Assembly: GCF_006345805.1 (NCBI RefSeq)
Contig: NC_043014.1
Location: 41,974,001 to 42,038,000 of the forward strand
Direction of reading: 5' to 3'
Source of the DNA: Octopus sinensis
Lineage: Eukaryota
DNA: 64,000 bases
Positions within the stretch are counted from its first letter, which is position 1. Each line of letters starts with the position of its first letter. Positions 11,408 to 26,525 of the stretch are shown here, piece after piece. Below the pieces are notes generated by a model. That model did not search any database. It had not been told where the DNA came from and saw nothing but the letters and a program-made list of their open reading frames with translations. A program made the position numbers and the translations under genes.

Positions 11408-12576
11408 TATATATATATATATGTATGTATGTACACACACACACATACACACACATGATTGCTTATAGTATCTACATTTTTTATTTTATTTTTACACTTC
11501 AGTCATGCAGTTTGAAACCTACGCAATTATCCAACTGTATGACTAGGAATCAAATTGGATTATAAATAATATAAGGTTCGTCCTGTCCTCTAGCGTGAAC
11601 GGTGGAATTTTAGGACTTAATTTAGGGGAAAATTGTGTCCTTGAAGCTAATAAATACGCTGTATATTTTCTTTCGTGTTAATGTGTGCAATTTCAAAGAA
11701 CTTTGCTTTTTTTCTACCACATGAATTTTTATTATTAATAAAACCTTTTAATCGGTTGAATTAAATGTCATACTCTCGATCGCATTTTTATTGAAGCATT
11801 TAAGAAATCCAAGATTTAAACAGTGAAGCCGTTACAGTAGAAAAAGTAAGATAGAGACTCGAAATCACGATGGTCCAGTAACTCTTGATCGCGTGCTCTT
11901 ATCAAATTCCATTTTAACCTCTTAGATATTTTTTTCTTAATTTCCATGCGAAAAATATATTTTTTATTATTTATTTTGAATCTGTATATAAGGAAGAATA
12001 AGTACGCAAATCATTTTGGATCAGTTATGATTTATTATGAAATTACTGATAGAAATGGCAGTTACTGATAGTTAATGATAGAAAACGGGAATAACATCAT
12101 GTACGAGGTATTTCAGGGTAGAAATAAGTGACAGATACCTCAGAGTACAGAGAACGTACATTTTCGTTCAAATATATATTTACAACACATCTCTGGACGA
12201 AAATATACGGGATAATATGTTAAGAGGTTAATATTCACTGTGATATTAAATATATGTTTATATGCATGTAATTGATTAGTCTGAGAATTCACGATAAGTA
12301 ATCTTGAAAATTTCAAAGTATGATAAGAAGTAGGTATTTAGTTTAAAAAAAAAAAAAGGATCCGTGATGCTGAATGGGTCCACAAACTAGCATATTTTTT
12401 TAATAATAGTTAACAGATAGTTAACACTACGTCGTGTGTGATGTCAAACAGGAGCCATCTTTGAACGCTGTTATTGCAAGCTTGCTTACAATGTATTATT
12501 AATATATGGATTATGCCAGTAACAATTAATTAGTATGTTTAATATCATTTTAATCGCATCGCACAATCATATGTAT

Positions 12577-12651
<75 letters not shown>

Positions 12652-12734
12652 GTATACACACACAATATACATTCATATATGCATGCATGTATATATATAT
12701 ATATACATATATATTTACATATATTTATATATAA

Positions 12735-12768
<34 letters not shown>

Positions 12769-14447
12769 TCATATATATTCATATATATATATGTATATAT
12801 ATATATAGGATATATATATATATATATATACATACATACATATACAAATATATATTTGTACACTTATGCATAAATTTATAGGTGTGTCTGTGTATGACTT
12901 TATGTATGTATGTATGCATGTATGTATGTGTGTATGTATGTATGTATGCATATGTGTAAGTAGTCCCTTATCTTGAAACATGTTTAAAGAAATTCTTTTA
13001 GGGATGGATAATCTGCAGTATCTCATACACACACATACACACACACATAAACGCCTACGTACATCTACATGTATCTTTGTTTATGTGTAAGTGTCTGTGA
13101 ATCTGTGTATTTATTTGTATATGTGTGTGTGGGAATAGATGAGGTGAATATTTGCACACCCGATTGTATATTATGATGGACGAGAATATTTTACAGCAAA
13201 AGGAACAGATTTTAAACTAAAATTTAAAATGTAACTACGCAATTTTTTTATTATTTAACAATATAATTTTATAATTGTAATTCAAAATTAAATCCGATTT
13301 ACGAGGGTTTACATTTAACCCTATCAATTTTCGTTGTAAAAATAATCTATGAAAATTATTTAAAAAATCATGTAAAAAATTTCAAACAATCTCGGTGAAA
13401 ATTGTCGCGTTATATATTTTTATCTTCTCGTTTGAGCCTTTTGTCTACAGTCATTTTACAGTATTCCTTCAAAGGATCTTTAGACGAAAAATCAAACCAT
13501 TATATAATTTTTAAAGTCTGGTACTTACACTATAGGAACTTTTTGTTATATCGCACCGGTAATTTAGAGGATGAAAAAAAACAACACCGGCTATCAAACA
13601 TAGTGGTAGGGACAATACAAACAGACACACACTTATAAATATATATATATACTTACATCTAAGAGACCAAAGTGCATGTACACGGCCATATAAATATATA
13701 AAAAGGAATACAAAATATGGGACAAGAACGCAAAACATCCAGACAGATGATACAAGAGAGGGACAAGAAAAAACACGGACGGGTCGACGGGCTTCTACAT
13801 ACTTTCTGTCTACCAAATTCACTCACCTCACAAAGATTAGGCGTGTTGGGGGTTATCATAGAAGACATTTGTCCAAGGTGCCGCGCAGTGGGACCGAGCG
13901 TGAAAGTATGTGGCTGTAAAGCGAGCTCCTTAATCACACAACCAAAGCTACTTATTTATATTAACAGAAATAATTCAAAAATATCGAAAAATACATTTAC
14001 TTTTGATTACTGTTCTTTATCCCATTGTTCTCCCTTATTTAGCAGGCCCTTTCTGGGTAGATAAATTAAATACCAATTGTGTACTGGAGTCGATCTAATC
14101 GACTAGTTCCCTCCCACAAAATGTCAGGCCTTGTGTTTAAAGTAGAAAATATTATATAATTATTCATAAAATGTCAGAAATTGTCAAAACAGAGTTTTGG
14201 AATGAGCTTTTCCTCAAGAACCTTTTAAAGTTATATTTTTCGAATATTTCTTCGTGTTGTATGTTTTAAACATAGTAGTAAATACAGAATTGTAATTGAA
14301 GAAGTTACAAATGTAAATTAAAAAAATATAAATAGGAGTTTCTAAAGTTTACACTTATTTGAAAAATAGACTTTAGATAAAATCAAATCAAGAAAAATAT
14401 ATTCCGGCATCATGATTTTCCCTCAATTAATGATCTTTTCTAAATAG

Positions 14448-14561
14448 CAACAGCTAACCCTTCTGAAGGCTGAACGCGTCCTTAAAATCACAGGTTTCCC
14501 AGCTCTGGCCGAAAAACTCTTTGCCAGATGTGGAGGAGTTAACAAACTAGCGCTTGAATGA
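14448..14561 (+). CDS. Possible terminal coding exon of an unidentified gene (QQLTLLKAERVLKITGFPALAEKLFARCGGVNKLALE*)
   Basis: Unique, relatively GC-rich island with tcttttctaaatAG acceptor, 37 open codons of ordinary composition, a stop and an AT-rich downstream region; no homolog recognised and no partner exons found. Confidence 0.25.
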   Translation, partial: QQLTLLKAERVLKITGFPALAEKLFARCGGVNKLALE

Positions 14562-15513
14562 CATTCGCTATGTTCCAACTTCAATATTTTAAAAATTATA
14601 TACAAAACTAATTCACCATCTAAAGTGGAAAAGCAAAAGAAAAAGATGTTTTTCAAAATTCAACAGAGAGACGTCATATATATATATTCTGGGGATGCTA
14701 TAAAAATATAACCGATTATATAAACAATCTTTGAAATCCACAGCTTTTCAAACACTTATAAACTTCGGGCAAAGGTTTATCTCCCAAAACAGAAGTCTCC
14801 GAAGTTTATTAAGTTATTAACGTAATTTAATAGACTGGAGCTACATAAATTTATTTAGATAGAGGAAATTTTCTAAAACAATAATATTTAAATGACATTT
14901 TTTTTTTCATAGTGTGTGTTTCTAAAGAACTTGTCACATTCATCAAAAACCGTGAAACAACTGTCATTGAAAACATCGCTAAGAATCCTATTTTCTAAAA
15001 CCATAGAACAATTAACACAGAAAATTAATCAACATCGACTCCGATAAATAGCTGCAATTTTAATTACGGTTGAATGTTGTCAACAACAATCTAAGTTGTT
15101 TACATTTAATAATTTTACAGTTGAAAGAGCCTCGCGCTTACATATCCTTTAGTTAATTCAGACAAATATCACAATTATTTCCCTTCAAGCATTCTACCTG
15201 CTCCTATTAATTGAAGAATATATTCTTTGAAACATCGGCGTTTATTTGTTCTGGAATTTCAATCGATAAAATCCTTTTTGTTTTATTAATCATTAGCAAA
15301 ATGAAGAATGTAGAAAAGAAAAAAACAAAAACAAAAAGAAAGAATAATAAAACTATAAAAGAAAAATTTTAGTAGCAACAATATTTTTACCATTCTAACA
15401 CTAACTGGTGACTTGATCTGCTAGAAAGAGTACCCAGATTTTCCTCAAATCACATTCATAACTATTTGAAATAAATAATATACTTATGAGGCAGCATTCA
15501 AATATATATATAT

Positions 15514-15562
<49 letters not shown>

Positions 15563-16000
15563 TAACTACCCGCGTGCTGGTGGTGACTACTTTCCTTCTT
15601 TGGACTTTGCCGTTTACCTTTGACAAAAAGCTATGCTCGAATCGTTAAAACTCTCTCTTCTTACTGACCGTCAAGCTAATACATTCCATTCTGTCATTCT
15701 TCATTTATCATCAATGTGTTTGAGATGCGACTTCTACCAATATGATTTAGCTACGAGCCTATGAGCGAAATGTTATCTGTGTAACTTGGAACCATGTTAT
15801 GTCACCTGAAGAGGCACTTCTGCAGAGCGGGGTGCACTGGAATTCATTATATTGATTCCCACAAACAAGAGAGCGGAGCAGAATTTCCCAAAACGATCGT
15901 TGTAATAAATAATATCCAGTATCAATTATTTCTATTATATATGTGTGTGTGTGAATGTGTAATATATATATATATATATATATATACTCATACATATATA

Positions 16001-16215
16001 TTTCTTTACTGCCCACAAGGGGCTAAACACAGAGTGGACAAACAAGGACAGACACACGGATTAAGTCAATTACATCTACCCCAGTACGAAACTGGTACTT
16101 TATTTATCGACTCTGAAAGGATGAAAGGAAAAGCCGACCTCGGCCGAATTTGAACTCAGAACGTAACTGCTAAGCATTTCGCCCGGCGCGCTAACGTTTC
16201 TGCCAGCTTGCCGCC
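16001..16215 (-). mobile_element. SINE family B
   Basis: Matches 29027-29259 in reverse complement, with an internal deletion. Confidence 0.8.
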
Positions 16216-16643
16216 TATACTCATAAATATATATATCTATACGTACATATATACCTGGTTACATGCGTGTATATGCACGAATAAGTACATTTTCCCCGTA
16301 TATATGTTTTATAACTTAGAACCTACTCGGAGAAATTGAAAGACATGCAAACTGTAAATATAGATATCTCAATGATGACCTTAATTCACTGACATAGCTT
16401 TCGTCAGTGTCCTCTCCGAGCTATATTTCAATTCTATTTTAAATTATTAATTAATAAAACATATAGCCTAATCATGCTTTGCAATGATGAACCGCTGTTT
16501 CTCACTAATCATCTTCTAACTAGAGATGACAGCTTCGACAAGACATGCAATATGTATGCATCTATGTATATATATATGCATGTATGCATGTATGTATATA
16601 TGTATGTATATATGTGTATATATATATATATATATACATACAT

Positions 16644-16679
<36 letters not shown>

Positions 16680-16699
16680 ACACACACATATATATATAT

Positions 16700-16839
<140 letters not shown>

Positions 16840-17517
16840 AGTTAAATAGCCATAAGTGAGATACTGAGCGGATTGAGGTCGGACTTGAAGCATATCCACC
16901 GTCAAGAGGAAAGGATGATCTGCGGGTTGTTGATTTTTAATAATTCCCGAAGGTGCTCTAAGAAAATACCTGTCACTCAAAGATATGATGAATTGACACG
17001 AGATAATAAATTCACCAGTAGAGGTCTCTGTTAATTGGCTCACCGACCCTTCTGTCTGTTCTTGATTAGAAGGCGTTCAGAGAGCCACTAGCTGGTTTAA
17101 TTCATCACGATAGGACTTTGGGATTAAAGCGGGAGATTACCTTCTGATTGAACCACATCGATAATAAATGGATTATTTTCTCTTTTTTTTTGTTTCCATC
17201 ATCTTTAAATTCTGGAAATTATTTAAACAGGGAGGTGACATAATATTAATTTGATGATTAGCGAAAGTGTTATTATATTTTTACTTTGTAGTTAATATGA
17301 TTTTTATCGTTGAAAGTGATGTCTGCTGTGATCATATCCCTCAGATAAGTGTTTCTTCAGAGTTATAAAAACTTCCAATTTTTTTTTCTCGTTTGTCTCC
17401 TTGCTTTGTATTAACCAATCTGTGCCTCAGTGTAGCAGAATAGTGATGACAAGGTATTCAAGTGAAAATATGAAAAGACGTAATGTTGATCTCTCTCTCG
17501 GTCCCTTTTTCTCATTA

Positions 17518-17559
<42 letters not shown>

Positions 17560-17580
17560 CTGCCTGTCTCTCCTTACTCA

Positions 17581-17620
<40 letters not shown>

Positions 17621-17776
17621 GAACACACACACACAGAGTGAATGTAACATTTTACGTTTATTCAATACGTCTTACGCGTGTTTTATTAATGAAAATGTCT
17701 GTTTTCCTAGGAATTACATTACTTTTAGATGACAGTATCAGATCATCAGAGATATATAACAAACAAATATATAAAT

Positions 17777-18100
17777 TAGACCCCCTTCGGTCATGAATGA
17801 CCATGGGATTGCACCTAGAAAGTTACCCTCCTAGACACAAGTCCGGGCAAAGTTGTTTATGGAAGACCAGCAGTCGCCCATACATACCAGCCTCCCCTCT
17901 CCACGCCACCAGTGTTATCCAAGGGAAAGACAAAGGTCGATACAGCTTGAAACCAGTGACATCGCAACTCATTTCTACAGCTGAGTGAACTGGAGCAACG
18001 TGAAATAAAGTGTTTTGCTCAAGAACACAACACGCAGTCCGGTCCGGGATTCGAGCTCACAACCTCACGATCGTAAACTCGACGCTCTAACCACTGAGCC
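17777..18100 (-). mobile_element. tRNA-derived SINE with 10-bp TSD
   Basis: Minus-strand head GGCTCAGTGGTTAGAGCG...GAGCTCGAATCCC; TSD atatataaat at 17767-76 and 18101-10. Confidence 0.8.
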
Positions 18101-18773
18101 ATATATAAATAAATAACTTCAATCCATAGCATAACATACTGACAGATTCTGTAGGAACGAGAAACTATTGGACAACTATAGTATGTGTAACAGTTACTTT
18201 TCCTTTATTTTAAACCTCTGATGATTTGATATCATCTGAATGTGATATAGTTATATATATTTTCATTAACAAAACTGTTGCATGAATTCAGTGAATAAGG
18301 GTAAAATATTACCATCATTCTAGTTTTCTATGTGTAGTCTGTGTTCGATGGAGCACTAAAATGCGACAGAAAAAGTTATTTTCTCTTCTTGAATGCAATG
18401 TTCGGACACTAATGGAACAAGCTACTTATCACACAGCCACTCCTGCGCCTATATATAGAGATACATATATATTTACATGGATATTATATATTCGCGCGAA
18501 CAATGATGAAACAATTGTAAATGGATGGTATGAATATTTGTTTTCACACCTCATCTCCCTCATAAGTTTATATGTATGTATTATATCAATATAAATACGT
18601 ATCGATATGTATTAATCCGTCACATATTAATTCCTTAAAATATCTTAATAAAAATACCAAAACAATTATTCCCCGGGGACACTGATATTGGTTATGAGTT
18701 TAAGTAAAATTGCTACCTACATAAAATCACAAATTAACAAAGAATTATACGCCCATACTGATAATTTATTAAA

Positions 18774-19357
<584 letters not shown>

Positions 19358-19926
19358 AAGCACTTAGTATGTTATTCCTGAGTTTTTGAAGTTTGATAAT
19401 TTCTTGTTCATTTTGATAGCGTCATGCAAACTACACCTCACCGTCTCTGACATTTATAACATAACGAAGTTTTTCTATTTTTCCGAAGTCAAAGAATCCT
19501 TTAGATTTGATCATCTACTGACTCCCTACAGTGCCCAGCGGGAATCCAAAATGAACTGCTCAAACATCTGGAATGGCGTTGCGGCTAAACATGCAACTAT
19601 CTTACACAGCATTCAAAATGAGAAAAACGAAAAGAGATCTGGCTTCTAAACCTGCAACTGACGAACAAACTATCTCTTCCATTTACCTCACCTATCGTTA
19701 ACACAACGGCCTATTAATAGGTATGCAATCTATTAGAAGACTCTCCCAGACCTTCTTGTAAATCACATCCACTGTCTTTGAAAGACAAGGTCGATTTTGA
19801 TATTACAGTGCTAGATATTCGACATCTTAGTGTTAGATGTGATGGTCACGGCTAGAACATCTTTGATCATAATTGTTCGCTTTCAAGGCTGCTCTGTGTA
19901 TTATGAATAACAACGGCTTCTTAGAA

Positions 19927-21074
19927 ACTAGCTACTTAAATAAGACCTCTATTGCATACTGGACGGCGCAGCTCCCTTTCCTTTTCTCACGGTCAACGGT
20001 GTGTCGATGTCCAACAAGGCTGAGCATTAACAACTATGCCCATCTTTTTCTCCATCTCGAGAACATAACCCCTCTGGAATTCTCTTCTTTGCCACATCTA
20101 ACTAGTTAAATAAGACCTCTATTGAACACCGGGCGGGACATCTGCCATTTCTCTTCTCACAATCTTACTTGTGTCGATGCCTCGCTCGGCATCTGTTCGA
20201 TGCCTCACTATTAACTATTCCGTCTCCATTTCCAGAACCTCACCCCTCTGGAATTTTCTTTTTCGCCACATCTAACTAGTTAAATAAGACCTCTATCGAA
20301 CACCGGGCGGGACATCTGCCGTTTCTCTTCTCACAATCTTAATTGTGTCGATGCCTCACTAGGTATCTTTTCGATGCCTCACTATTAACTATTCCGTCTC
20401 CCTCTCCAGAACTTCACCCCTCTGGAATTTTCTTCTTTGCCACATCTAACTAGTTAAATAAGACCTCTATCGAACTCCGGGCGGGACATCTGCCGTTTCT
20501 CTTCTCACAATCTTAATTGTGTTGATGCCTCACTATTAACTATTCTTTCTCCGTCTCCAGAACTTCACCCCTCTGGAATTCTCTTCTTTGCCACATCTAA
20601 CTAGTTAAATAAGACCGCTATCGAACACCGGGCGGGACATCTGCCGTTTCTCTTCTCACAATCTTAATTGTGTCGATGCCTCACTATTAACTATTCTTTC
20701 TCCGTCTCCAGAACTTCACCCCTCTGGAATTTTCTTCTTTGCTACATCTAACTAGTTAACTAAGACCGCTATCGAACTCCGGGCGGGACATCTGCCGTTT
20801 CTCTTCTCATAACCTTAATTGGTTCGATGCATCTCTATTAACTATTCCCTCTCCATTTCCAGAACTTCACCCCTCTGGAATTTTCTTCTTTGCCACATCT
20901 AACTAGTTAACTAAGACCGCTATCGAACTCCGGGCGGGACATCTGCCGTTTCTCTTCTCACAATCTTAATTGTGTCGATGCCTCACTAGGTATCTTTTCG
21001 AGGCCTCACTATTAACTATTCCGTCTCCATCTCCAGAACTTCACCCCTCTGGAATTCTCTTCGTTGCCACGTCT
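19927..21074. repeat. Tandem satellite, 7 units of 174 or 151 bp
   Basis: ACTAGTTAA unit starts at 20101, 20275, 20449, 20600, 20751 and 20902, plus a degenerate unit from ~19927. Confidence 0.9.
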
Positions 21075-21411
21075 TCCCTACGGAGTCTGTACATACAGAT
21101 GTTCAAATTAAAAAAAAAAATCAACCGTATTAATGTCACCAGTTTCAGAGACAAGAGTCCATGAAAGCAATGAGCTTCACCAATCCCTTTCTAGTTTAAA
21201 ACTTTAAAAAACAAAATATCTATTCTTTTGCAGAATCCAGGCAATATGACAATCTGTCTCCATAGCGAAAAGTGAATGGAGATACATTGGAAAGGCTGAG
21301 GCAGCAGGGGTGGCACGAAAAAATGAAAAAAAAGTATTCGGAATGATGTCAAAATAAAGTGACAGGAAGGACTATCAATATGTTAAATGAGGCAGAGCAA
21401 ACAACAACAGC

Positions 21412-21448
<37 letters not shown>

Positions 21449-21772
21449 GGAATGGCAAAGGGCAACAACAACGAAGTCTGTAACATGAACAGTAATAGGA
21501 ATAACAATATAAACAAGAGAAGAGATGGCTCTATCGTCATGAAAATATATCTATTGAGAGAAGGGAAGTCGTTTTAACGCGCTTTATGTGTAATAAATAT
21601 TAGGGAATTGGTTTTGCAGAAAGTCAAAAGCGGGTGGGGTTGGGGTGGAAACCAAATGAAAATACAAGAAGACAAAAAAAAACAAGAAAATATAAAAAAA
21701 GGACGACAAACAATAACACTACAAAAGACAAAAGACAATAACATAAACAACAACAATATCAGTTTTGAGTGA

Positions 21773-21774
<2 letters not shown>

Positions 21775-21806
<32 letters not shown>

Positions 21807-22135
21807 GTAGTGACAGGCGGAGTGGTGATGGCGGCGACGATGATGACGACGACGACGACGATGATGATAATGATGATAATGATGATGATGATGATGATGA
21901 TAATGATGATCGTGATCATCGTTGTCATCCACCCCCACACCGTTTCCCAACACGTTTATATAATAGCCGCCGTCACCATGATCATCATCGTTGTCATCAT
22001 CATCATCCTCCTCATCATCATCATCGTGATCGGGATCATGATGGTCATCAACATCACCATCATTGTCTTCATCATCATGACCTTCGTCGTCGTCATCGTC
22101 GTCGTCGACATCATCATCATTATCATCATCGTCGT
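21775..22135. repeat. Abutting (GAT)n and (CAT)n tracts
   Basis: Direct reading. Confidence 0.85.
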
Positions 22136-22532
22136 AATAATTAGCAATTCTCACTGTTATCGTCTAGATCACTTCCATGATCCCCATGTCCCGTTCTGAT
22201 CATGATGGATATGATAACGACGATGATTATGATGATGATAGCAGAGAGAGAGAGAGAAAGACAGGCAATAGAAAAAAGAAAACGTAAACTAGAATAAAAT
22301 ATGAGAAATATACAGAAATAAATATACGTATATGTGTGTGTGCGTGTGTATATATGATTGTGCGTGTGCGTATTGATGTGTGTATGTGTGTGTGTATGTA
22401 TGTGTGTGTGTGTGTGTATGTGTGTGTGTATGTGTGTGTGTGTGTCTCTCTCTCTACACACACACATATATACATATATATGTAAGATACATACATATAT
22501 ATATGTGTGTATGTGTGTGTGTGTTGTGTGTG

Positions 22533-22567
<35 letters not shown>

Positions 22568-22583
22568 GTTTGTGTGTGTGTGT

Positions 22584-22670
<87 letters not shown>

Positions 22671-23495
22671 CATATAGAAATTGGGATGGAAAGTAGAAAA
22701 AAAAAACGGAAAGAAAAGTTAATTTGACTTTCCCCAGATAGAATCTCCACAGAGATGGAAGATGGAACCGTAAAGAGATTTAAAATGGAACGTTGGAATA
22801 ATTACAGTCTCTCAACCCAAACCTCTCCTTCTCTCTCCCTCTCTTCCTCCCTCTCTCTCTCTCTCTCTCACTCTCACTCTCTCAGCCTCTTATTCTTTTT
22901 TAACCAAGTCATGCTAAAAAATAGAACATGATGGAAGGAATAGAATGAAACTAATGTCTATGGAATGAAGTAATGGAATAATGTGTGAAGTTTATTTATT
23001 TTGCAGTTTACAGATTAGAGGAGAAAAATAGTATAAAATAAAATGGAACCCTTTCAAAGTTAACACGGTATGTTTAGAGGTAATTTATTTTCTAATTTTT
23101 ATGCAGTGTTTTTGGGGAGCTGTATTGGTGACAGCGATGATGATGATGACCATGATGATGATAGTGATTGTGGTGGTGGTGGTGCCGGTGGCGGTAATAG
23201 TGGTTTTGGCGATGGTAGTGAGATATATCAGTCCGTGTAGTTCTTTGAAGATGATGTGTGGTGAGTTTCGACCTCCCGCTAAGAAAACCCAACAAGAGAA
23301 AGATGTATTTTTTTTCTCCTCCTTGTTCGTTCTCCATTTTCTTTTTTCTTTTTCTTTTCTTGTTGTTTTTTTTTCTTCCCTAAACTTGGCTTGTTTATGT
23401 ATTGGTATATCATCCACAAAATGGAGGAAAGCTGTCTTTGGTATGACGAATTCAAAGAGATACATACTGCGAAATCTGCACGTATATATATATAT

Positions 23496-23533
<38 letters not shown>

Positions 23534-23763
23534 GTGTGTGTGTGTGTGTGTGGTGTGTGCGTGTGTGTGTGTGTGTATTTGTGTATATATATATATATAT
23601 GCATGCATATATACACATATGCATATATATATATATACGTACATACATACGAAATTCATATAGAGTATGTTTAATAGATGCACGTATATATGTGTATTTG
23701 TGTGTGTATTTGTGTGTGTATATATATATATGCATGTATATATACACATATACATATATATAT

Positions 23764-23812
<49 letters not shown>

Positions 23813-24012
23813 GTACATACATACGAAATTCATTTAGAGTATGTTTAATAGATGCACCTATATAGTGTATGCATGTATTACTGTATGTACGCATGTATGC
23901 ATATATATATATATACATACATGTATCTATATGTTTATAAATGTCTATATATGTATATATATATATAATGATAAATATCAGAGCGAGTTATAAACAGTGG
24001 CGGTAACACATC

Positions 24013-24148
24013 GTGACGCATATTTGCCATTTAAATATGGCTAACCCCTAAGGGTGGATAGCCAGCTGGAGGAGATATCTTCCTGGGGCTACAAACTACA
24101 GTAGCATCCACCCTTAGGGGTTAGCCATATTCAAATGGCAAATATGCG

Positions 24149-24152
<4 letters not shown>
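24013..24152. mobile_element. 140-bp MITE-like foldback with 47-bp arms
   Basis: 24013-24059 is the reverse complement of 24106-24152 with one mismatch; 46-nt spacer; abuts (TA)n. Confidence 0.7.
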
Positions 24153-24202
<50 letters not shown>

Positions 24203-24457
24203 ATGATGATTTAATAGATGACGAAACTAGTTGGCTAACATTCCACCACCTGCCGAAGCTCCCGTGATTTATCTACAGGTTCTGTTTTCACAGCGAGATA
24301 GAAATGTTTATTGTCTATGAAACCTATTTTTATACGACCACTGTGGAAATAATTATGTAGATTCGCGGACGAGATTGACGATCTCGGTTCCCGTGATGCA
24401 GTTATGAAAATTTAAGTGGCATGGGGCCCGAATCAAATCGCTTTTTAAATAATGATG

Positions 24458-24565
<108 letters not shown>

Positions 24566-24580
24566 TATAAATTATAATAA

Positions 24581-25005
24581 ATTAAGGCCAACAGACCAGA
24601 TATAGTTGTCAGAGATCATGAAGAAAAATTGCTTTCCAATTGATGTATCAATACCAGCAGATGACAACGTGTCTCCAAAAGAAATGGAAAAACTTTCAAA
24701 ATACAAAGACCTGGAAATAGAGGTAAACAGAATGTGGAATCTAAAAACAGAAGCAATTCCTATCATAATAGGTGCATTAGGCATGATAAAAAAATATTCA
24801 GACAAATACATAACAAAAACACCAGGACTTACAAACACATATAACATACAGAAAATTGCACTACTAGGCACTGCACACATCCTACGCAGAACACTTTCCA
24901 TACAATAACCATCAGAGCATCACAACATATCACAGCACATACCCAAGGCACACAGAGCTGCGCTCGGTAGTGAAGTGAAAGCACGCTATAAAAATAAAAC
25001 TACTG
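24581..25005 (+). mobile_element. 5'-truncated R4/Dong-clade non-LTR retrotransposon (restriction-like endonuclease C-terminus plus 3' UTR)
   Basis: Translates IKANRPDIVVRDHEEK /frameshift ~24627/ CFPIDVSIPADDNVSPKEMEKLSKYKDLEIEVNRMWNLKTEAIPIIIGALG...LLGTAHILRRTLSIQ* (stop at 24908); RPD...D...KE.EK..KY RLE motif; (TAA)n on both sides. Confidence 0.85.
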
Positions 25006-25012
25006 AATAATA

Positions 25013-25073
<61 letters not shown>
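25006..25073 (+). repeat. (TAA)n microsatellite, 3' flank of the LINE fragment
   Basis: Direct reading. Confidence 0.95.
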
Positions 25074-25958
25074 TTGTCTTGGTATAAAGGGTGGGCTACA
25101 GTAAATATTCTGCTCAATACCATAGATTTGCTTGTGAGTTGTTTGACCGTAACCAGTAGAGCATATCCGTTAGTGGCTGACGATAATGACATCTCTGATC
25201 ACGAGCAGAAGTAGTGGGAGTGCATCATAGCCACGTGTTGAAAGGAATTTTGGTGGGGTTTGGATAATTCACCTTTGGAAACATGAAAGTTTCGTTCAAC
25301 ATCCTTAAACAACCCTTAATCAAGGACATTTTGAGCGGGATGGGCTACTCGCCCTGAAGAAAATTCTAACAGGGCCCCACTTGCAATATCATGCGCTGTT
25401 TATCTTGATATGAGCTCACCATGTCGCTCACATATGGTTGTGATGCATGTGCCTGGTGTACTCTTATCAGACGGTCAGTCATGATGGATATACTGGGCTT
25501 CGTATATTTTACTCCAGTGTCACTTTGACGGCATGCACTGCTCCCTCACTCGAGGTATGCTGTGGAATTTCTATTTTGGATATATTTGAGGTACTTAAGT
25601 GTGCTCATGACTTAGTATTTACTTCTTCCATTGGTGCAAGTAAGTATCTCATTTATTTTCTCATCGTATTTATCGCTGAGGACGAGAAAATTCTAAATGA
25701 ATTAACTCAGAAATTGGGACCGATCCGATAATAACGAAATTTTTTTTAGGAATTTCTATCGGCTTGCTTTCGAGACGCGTACTTATAGTGATAAATTATA
25801 TGGTTATTGATGATTAAGTCTATTTCGGCATATTTGGCATTGAAACTTTTTTTCTTTTGCCCTTGTTTATAAGTTGTTTATATATATATATATATATATA
25901 CACAAAGAGATAGAGATAGATAGAGAGAGATAGGGTAGAGATAGAGAGAGAGAGGTAG

Positions 25959-26036
<78 letters not shown>

Positions 26037-26077
26037 ATATAGAGTATACATCTATGATTATATAAATCTGTACGTGA

Positions 26078-26242
26078 GGCACAGGAGTGGCTGTTTGTTA
26101 AGTAGCTTGCTTACCAACCACATGCTTCCGGGTGCAGTCCCACTGCGTGGTATCTTGGGCAAGTGTCTTCTGCTATAGCCCCGGGCCGACCAAAGTCTTG
26201 TGAGTGGATTTGGTAGACGGAAACTGAATGAAGCCCGTTGCA

Positions 26243-26316
<74 letters not shown>

Positions 26317-26525
26317 ATGTTTGTGTGTCTGTGTTTGTCCCCCTAGCATTGCTTGACAACCGATGCTGGTGTGTTTATGTCCCCGTAACTTAGCGGTTCG
26401 GCAAAAGAGACCGATAGAATAAGTACTGGGCTTACAAAGAATAAGTCCCGCGGTCGAGTTGCTCGATTAAAGGCGGTGCTCCAGCATGGCCGCAGTCAAA
26501 TGACCGAAACAAGTAAAAGAGTAAA
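26078..26525 (+). mobile_element. SINE family A, full length
   Basis: Same head, CORE-like segment, internal TA/TG tract and tail as 18774. Confidence 0.85.

Noticed and set aside
15617-15650. Hammerhead-like TTGACAA-A-AAGC-TAT-GCTC-GAAT-CGTT (U3/A8 type core), related to the 6156 family
   Set aside because: A15.1 is mutated, helix I cannot form and helix II has a mismatch; at most a decayed relic.
16840-17160. Unique, relatively GC-rich island with short open frames on both strands
   Set aside because: No convincing splice pair, homology or RNA structure found by eye.
23630-23875. ~60-bp direct duplication (cgtacatacatacgaaattcat...) about 174 bp apart
   Set aside because: Embedded in TA/CA microsatellite, most simply slippage-mediated, with no structure or motif.
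24572-24901. 109-aa minus-strand ORF
   Set aside because: Antisense shadow of the R4/Dong endonuclease fragment.
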